DNA of 64,000 nt from NCBI GenBank assembly GCA_024704765.1, contig JAKMXF010000288.1, forward strand, positions 310,001 through 374,000. The letters are read 5' to 3'. The notes beneath the pieces are model-generated. The model made no database searches. It was not told the DNA's origin and worked only from the letters and a program-made list of their open reading frames with translations. How positions within the stretch are numbered: position 1 is the stretch's first letter; every line of letters begins with the position of its first letter. This stretch comes from Oopsacas minuta. Lineage: Eukaryota > Animalia > Porifera. The position numbers were made by a program, and so were the translations under genes. Shown one piece after another: positions 60,470 to 64,000 of the stretch.

Positions 60470-60777
60470 CAGTGGAACCTCCGAGATCCGGACAGTGTGG
60501 GACCGGAGGGTGCGCGGATCTCGGAAATATCTTTAACTCTATGGTAGTTACAACCCATAATGTACATATGAGTTCCCTTAGGTATTCGAATTCTGTTATT
60601 AAGTTTACATACTGTATGCAAACGTAATCTCGTCTGAAATATAGTAACTGAAGTCAACGTTAGTCTGAGGAGAATTATATGAAATGGTGAAATTCTTTTG
60701 GACTGATATAAAATAAGGGTTGCCCGGTTGAGGGAGGTGCACGGATCTTGGAGGTCCGGATCTCGGAGGTTCGACTG
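60470..60777. mobile_element. Tc1/mariner-pogo-type MITE
   Basis: TIRs cagtggaacctccgagatccggac / gtccggatctcggaggttcgactg, flanked by TA on both sides. Confidence 0.88.
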
Positions 60778-62067
60778 TATTCAATTGAATTAGAAATTAG
60801 AAATACCGCTCCCATACTTATAATTAGAGCAGGACATCCTGCTGATGAGTAGCCCACTATTCGTTACCATGGCAACAAAAGCTGTTTGGCTAACTGATAC
60901 ACATTCAATTGTCAATTATATACAAACAACAAACAAACAAACAAACAAACAAATTTCCATAATATTAGAATATTGGAGATAAATTAGAAAATTTTTGCGT
61001 GTTTAAAGACAACCAAATGCAATAATTCTATATTCTAAACTAGGAAAATTCGCCTTTTCCCGCCATAAAATGATGTCTCAAGGTGGCACACGGATATTTC
61101 TAAGAAATATTTTCAAGAAAGATACACAATTGATTTCAAAGCTAAACATCTGGCAGAATGGAATTCAGTTCAAATCTATTTCAAAGACTTTGAAACAAAT
61201 ATTATACATCTTAACTTGGGCACAAATATGGCAACAAAGACGCAAAAAATGGGTCAAGTGGTTGTTAGAAATTCAAGGTGACAGATGGGGTATTTGGAAA
61301 AGTGGGACACTATTGGCGGGAGTGTTTTTCAGGTTTGATAAAGAAGGAATAAAGAATGAAGAATTGATCAAGTGAGTTTATTCTTCATTTAGTATTATTG
61401 TAATATCCATAGTTGTTATTCTCTGTATAGTAACCAGGATTACTTACGAACTGTGCCGACCACGAAGTGATTCACGTTCCCGCTGCTAGCACTCCCTTCG
61501 ATTTACTTACCTCTAAATCAGACAATTAGTGTTACGATATAAGGAAAGATCCCTGATTTCAATTCCTTAAATAATATTTCGTCAATAATCAGAGAGGCGT
61601 CCGACGCTCTTAGATAAATCCTTCTTGCATACAATATTCGTTTGTTTAAAAGTGGCAGTATCATGATATTAGTACAGAAGGTGAATGAATTTGTAGAATT
61701 TACTCCCTAACAGTCATAGACATGTGTCCAATAGGGGGGCGAAACTGTTGGCGTTTAAGGTTCGTAAGGCCTCAAAAATGTGCTTAAGGGGTATATTTTA
61801 CAAAATTTTGGAAAAATTGGAAAATTTCACGATTAGTGGATTATTGCATTTTCGGCAACGTTAGACACTTCCAAACTTCTTTTTCAAATTTTGTATAGCT
61901 ATCTTTTATAGTTTTGAGAATATTCCACTTTCTACATAACTCATTTTCTGAATTTTGATCTAGATTTTGTCATAAAAATTTAATTTTCCATTTTTTCGTC
62001 AAAAGCTGATTTTATTGTTCTTTTGACATTTGATAAATATTTCTATATGATTATATTTTGTTGAGAT

Positions 62068-62180
62068 GTTGCTATGGCCTAGTGGACGTGTGCTAAAGAC
62101 TTAACTGCTGTATAGAGGCGAGGTCCGGGTTCGAATCCGGGACAGGAAGAAAATTTGATTTATCAGCTATAACACACACA
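62068..62180 (+). mobile_element. tRNA-derived SINE-like element, copy
   Basis: Matches the 55487 copy. Confidence 0.6.
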
Positions 62181-62710
62181 ACAAATCGCATCTTTCCTTC
62201 CATGTGAAGAAACGGCGACAAAAATACACGAAGTCACCTCAAGAAATCTTTTGTTAACATCAAGTATTTTTCTTAAAATATTTTCTCCATTTCATTCAGT
62301 AAAATGAGAGAATCGTGTTTATAGAGTTTAATATCATCAAACATTTCAATTAAACAACCTTGCAAAGACTCATACTTTGTCCAATGGGCTGTCGCACTCT
62401 GAACACAAAGATTGACACTCCTCCGTGGCAAGGCTACCTACGTTATCCTCATTGGAAAATGGAGTTGTGTTAGGAAAGGTTGTGGTGGAACAATTTCGGA
62501 AATATTCGCACATTGCATTTGTATGGCGCGCAGCTTGCGTTGCTCGACATATGAAAAATGATAGAATAGTTTCATATCATCAAGGCTAATAAGGGTTATG
62601 TCACGAATGGTTTTGACACCTAGCTCAAATAGCTCGAATCTAGATTCTAGGTCGTGTTTGATGAAAATCTCTCGCCATTTTCTTTGCTTAGGTGCTTGAA
62701 AATCTGCCAT
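62163..62710 (-). pseudogene. SAM-caspase N-half, copy 2
   Basis: Near-identical to 55582-56120 over the linker and caspase part; SAM start differs by substitutions and small indels. Confidence 0.75.
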
Positions 62711-62724
62711 TTATGTATATTCTA

Positions 62725-62977
62725 CAGTTCCGGCAAAAAGTCTGGAATATTGTTGACAAAATGCGAATATTCTAGTATTGGAACAAAAGGTTACAACATT
62801 ATTATTTCAGAACGTTTTTCTCAACCTATAGTGGAATGAATTACTATATTAAGGTAGGCTAATATTATCATCAATAATAATAGGCAGTAATTAGTAAATA
62901 ATATTATCAGGATATTCCTGAGTAAATTCAACAAAGTTGAAAAATAATGAAATATTCCAGACTTTTTGCCGGGACTG
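62725..62977. mobile_element. Tc1/mariner-type MITE, absent from the paralogous site
   Basis: 27-bp TIRs (cagttccggcaaaaagtctggaatatt, one mismatch), TA duplication; empty site at ~56134 in copy 1. Confidence 0.92.
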
Positions 62978-63444
62978 TAAATTGTTGGAGGATATTATGA
63001 TCTGAATTTGCCTTTTTAGAATCTAAATTAGTCAAACTATAACTACCCAAAAGGTGTGAAAATATTCACATATCCCCGAGGTACACATCTAAACCCCCCC
63101 AAAGTACCCATGTGCCAATTTTCTTGCCAATAGGATATCTCCCTGTAGGAGCTGTACTAAAAACGCCAAAACTTTAACCTATGCTGACACTTTGATATTT
63201 AACATATAAGTGTCGGCGATAACAAATAAAAATTCAATACCATCCGTCGTTCCAGTTTCCGAGGAAATTCCGGAAAGGGGCGTATCAGGATTATGCATAG
63301 TCCGGGGGAAAATGCCCCTGGGTTTTGCCTCCTGAGACCATCACTGGTTCTGATTGAGAAACTTCAGATTTCTATAAAACAAACTGATATTCATAATTTT
63401 TCGTATAAAAAAATAAAAAGCGAATATTATCCCATTTTAAATAT

Positions 63445-64000
63445 TCATATAAATAACTGAGCACAAAGCGTGTGTCTGACCTCTGGTGGTTGTTTTATAC
63501 ATTTCACATGGTCTGTATCATGTTTGTAGTTCTGTAGCATATGATTACTTGTAGCTGTCAACAGATCTAAGATATTGGAATGACCATGCATCTCATCGAA
63601 GCATTCCCGTAACGAGGTTACAAACCAAGATCCGTTGTCTTTATCACGCCAAGCTTTGTAGCCCTCCACGCATGAATAAGCGACGAATAAATCCGTTTGC
63701 CGGGTCGCAACTTCCGGGAGAGAGTCCGAAACTATTTGGCTGTCCATATTGTCTCCTCGACACGCCTGTATGAATAAAACTTTGGGTTTTCCCACCAAAT
63801 GGTCCACTTCTTGTAGTATATTTAGAATAAAACTTACTTCGATATCTCCGCCATCAAAACAAGCCAGTTTATCGGGCCCCGCGCCATGTGTCGAGATGGC
63901 AATGAAAACACTTCTCATTTTTGCATTGTCCTTCACTACATTTTTAATGAATTCTTTAAAACCCAACTCATCTCCCTTTTTATTACAACAAATATTAGTT
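63445..64000 (-). CDS. Caspase (peptidase C14A), catalytic dyad intact, 5' end beyond window
   Basis: VFIAISTHG (His), KPKVLFIQACRG (Cys), DLFVAYSCVEGYKAWRD...GSWFV; frame is open up to the window edge. Confidence 0.93.
   Translation of the reverse strand, partial: TNICCNKKGDELGFKEFIKNVVKDNAKMRSVFIAISTHGAGPDKLACFDGGDIEVSFILNILQEVDHLVGKPKVLFIQACRGDNMDSQIVSDSLPEVATRQTDLFVAYSCVEGYKAWRDKDNGSWFVTSLRECFDEMHGHSNILDLLTATSNHMLQNYKHDTDHVKCIKQPPEVRHTLCAQLFI

Larger units (their letters stand above)
60851..63140 (+). repeat. ~2 kb segmental duplication, copy 2 (carries an extra MITE)
   Basis: Direct copy of 54265-56289 with substitutions, small indels and a 253-bp insertion. Confidence 0.92.

Overview
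Gene-dense, AT-rich animal genomic DNA with spliceosomal introns. The gene content (SRCR-rich receptor, NHL protein, caspases, many intronless housekeeping genes) suggests a sponge, possibly a hexactinellid; this is inference. In order: the 3' part of SPATA5/AFG2A (+), with ALKBH6 and SURF4 nested antisense in one intron. A ~20 kb minus-strand receptor gene (signal peptide, ~22 SRCR, 4 CCP, 3 TIL, TM, NPMY tail), with a 3.8 kb intron that splits one SRCR domain and holds an NHL gene and an orphan coiled-coil gene. An espin-like ankyrin gene with TSR3 nested inside it. RPL11, a mucin-like membrane protein, a mitochondrial release factor, an FSIP2-like/EF-hand/WW gene, ZFAND5/6 and PUM3. An 8.5 kb single-exon gene for a probably acylated cupredoxin/FN3/thioredoxin-like protein with an RFX X-box upstream. 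The last 10 kb is a rearranged caspase locus. There, comparing degenerate copies reconstructs an intronless SAM-domain-caspase fusion, the most notable candidate novelty. It lies beside a free SAM ORF, an intact caspase cut by the window edge, tRNA-derived repeats, MITEs and direct/inverted duplications. All translations and splice joins were done by eye; domain names come from motif recognition, not database searches.
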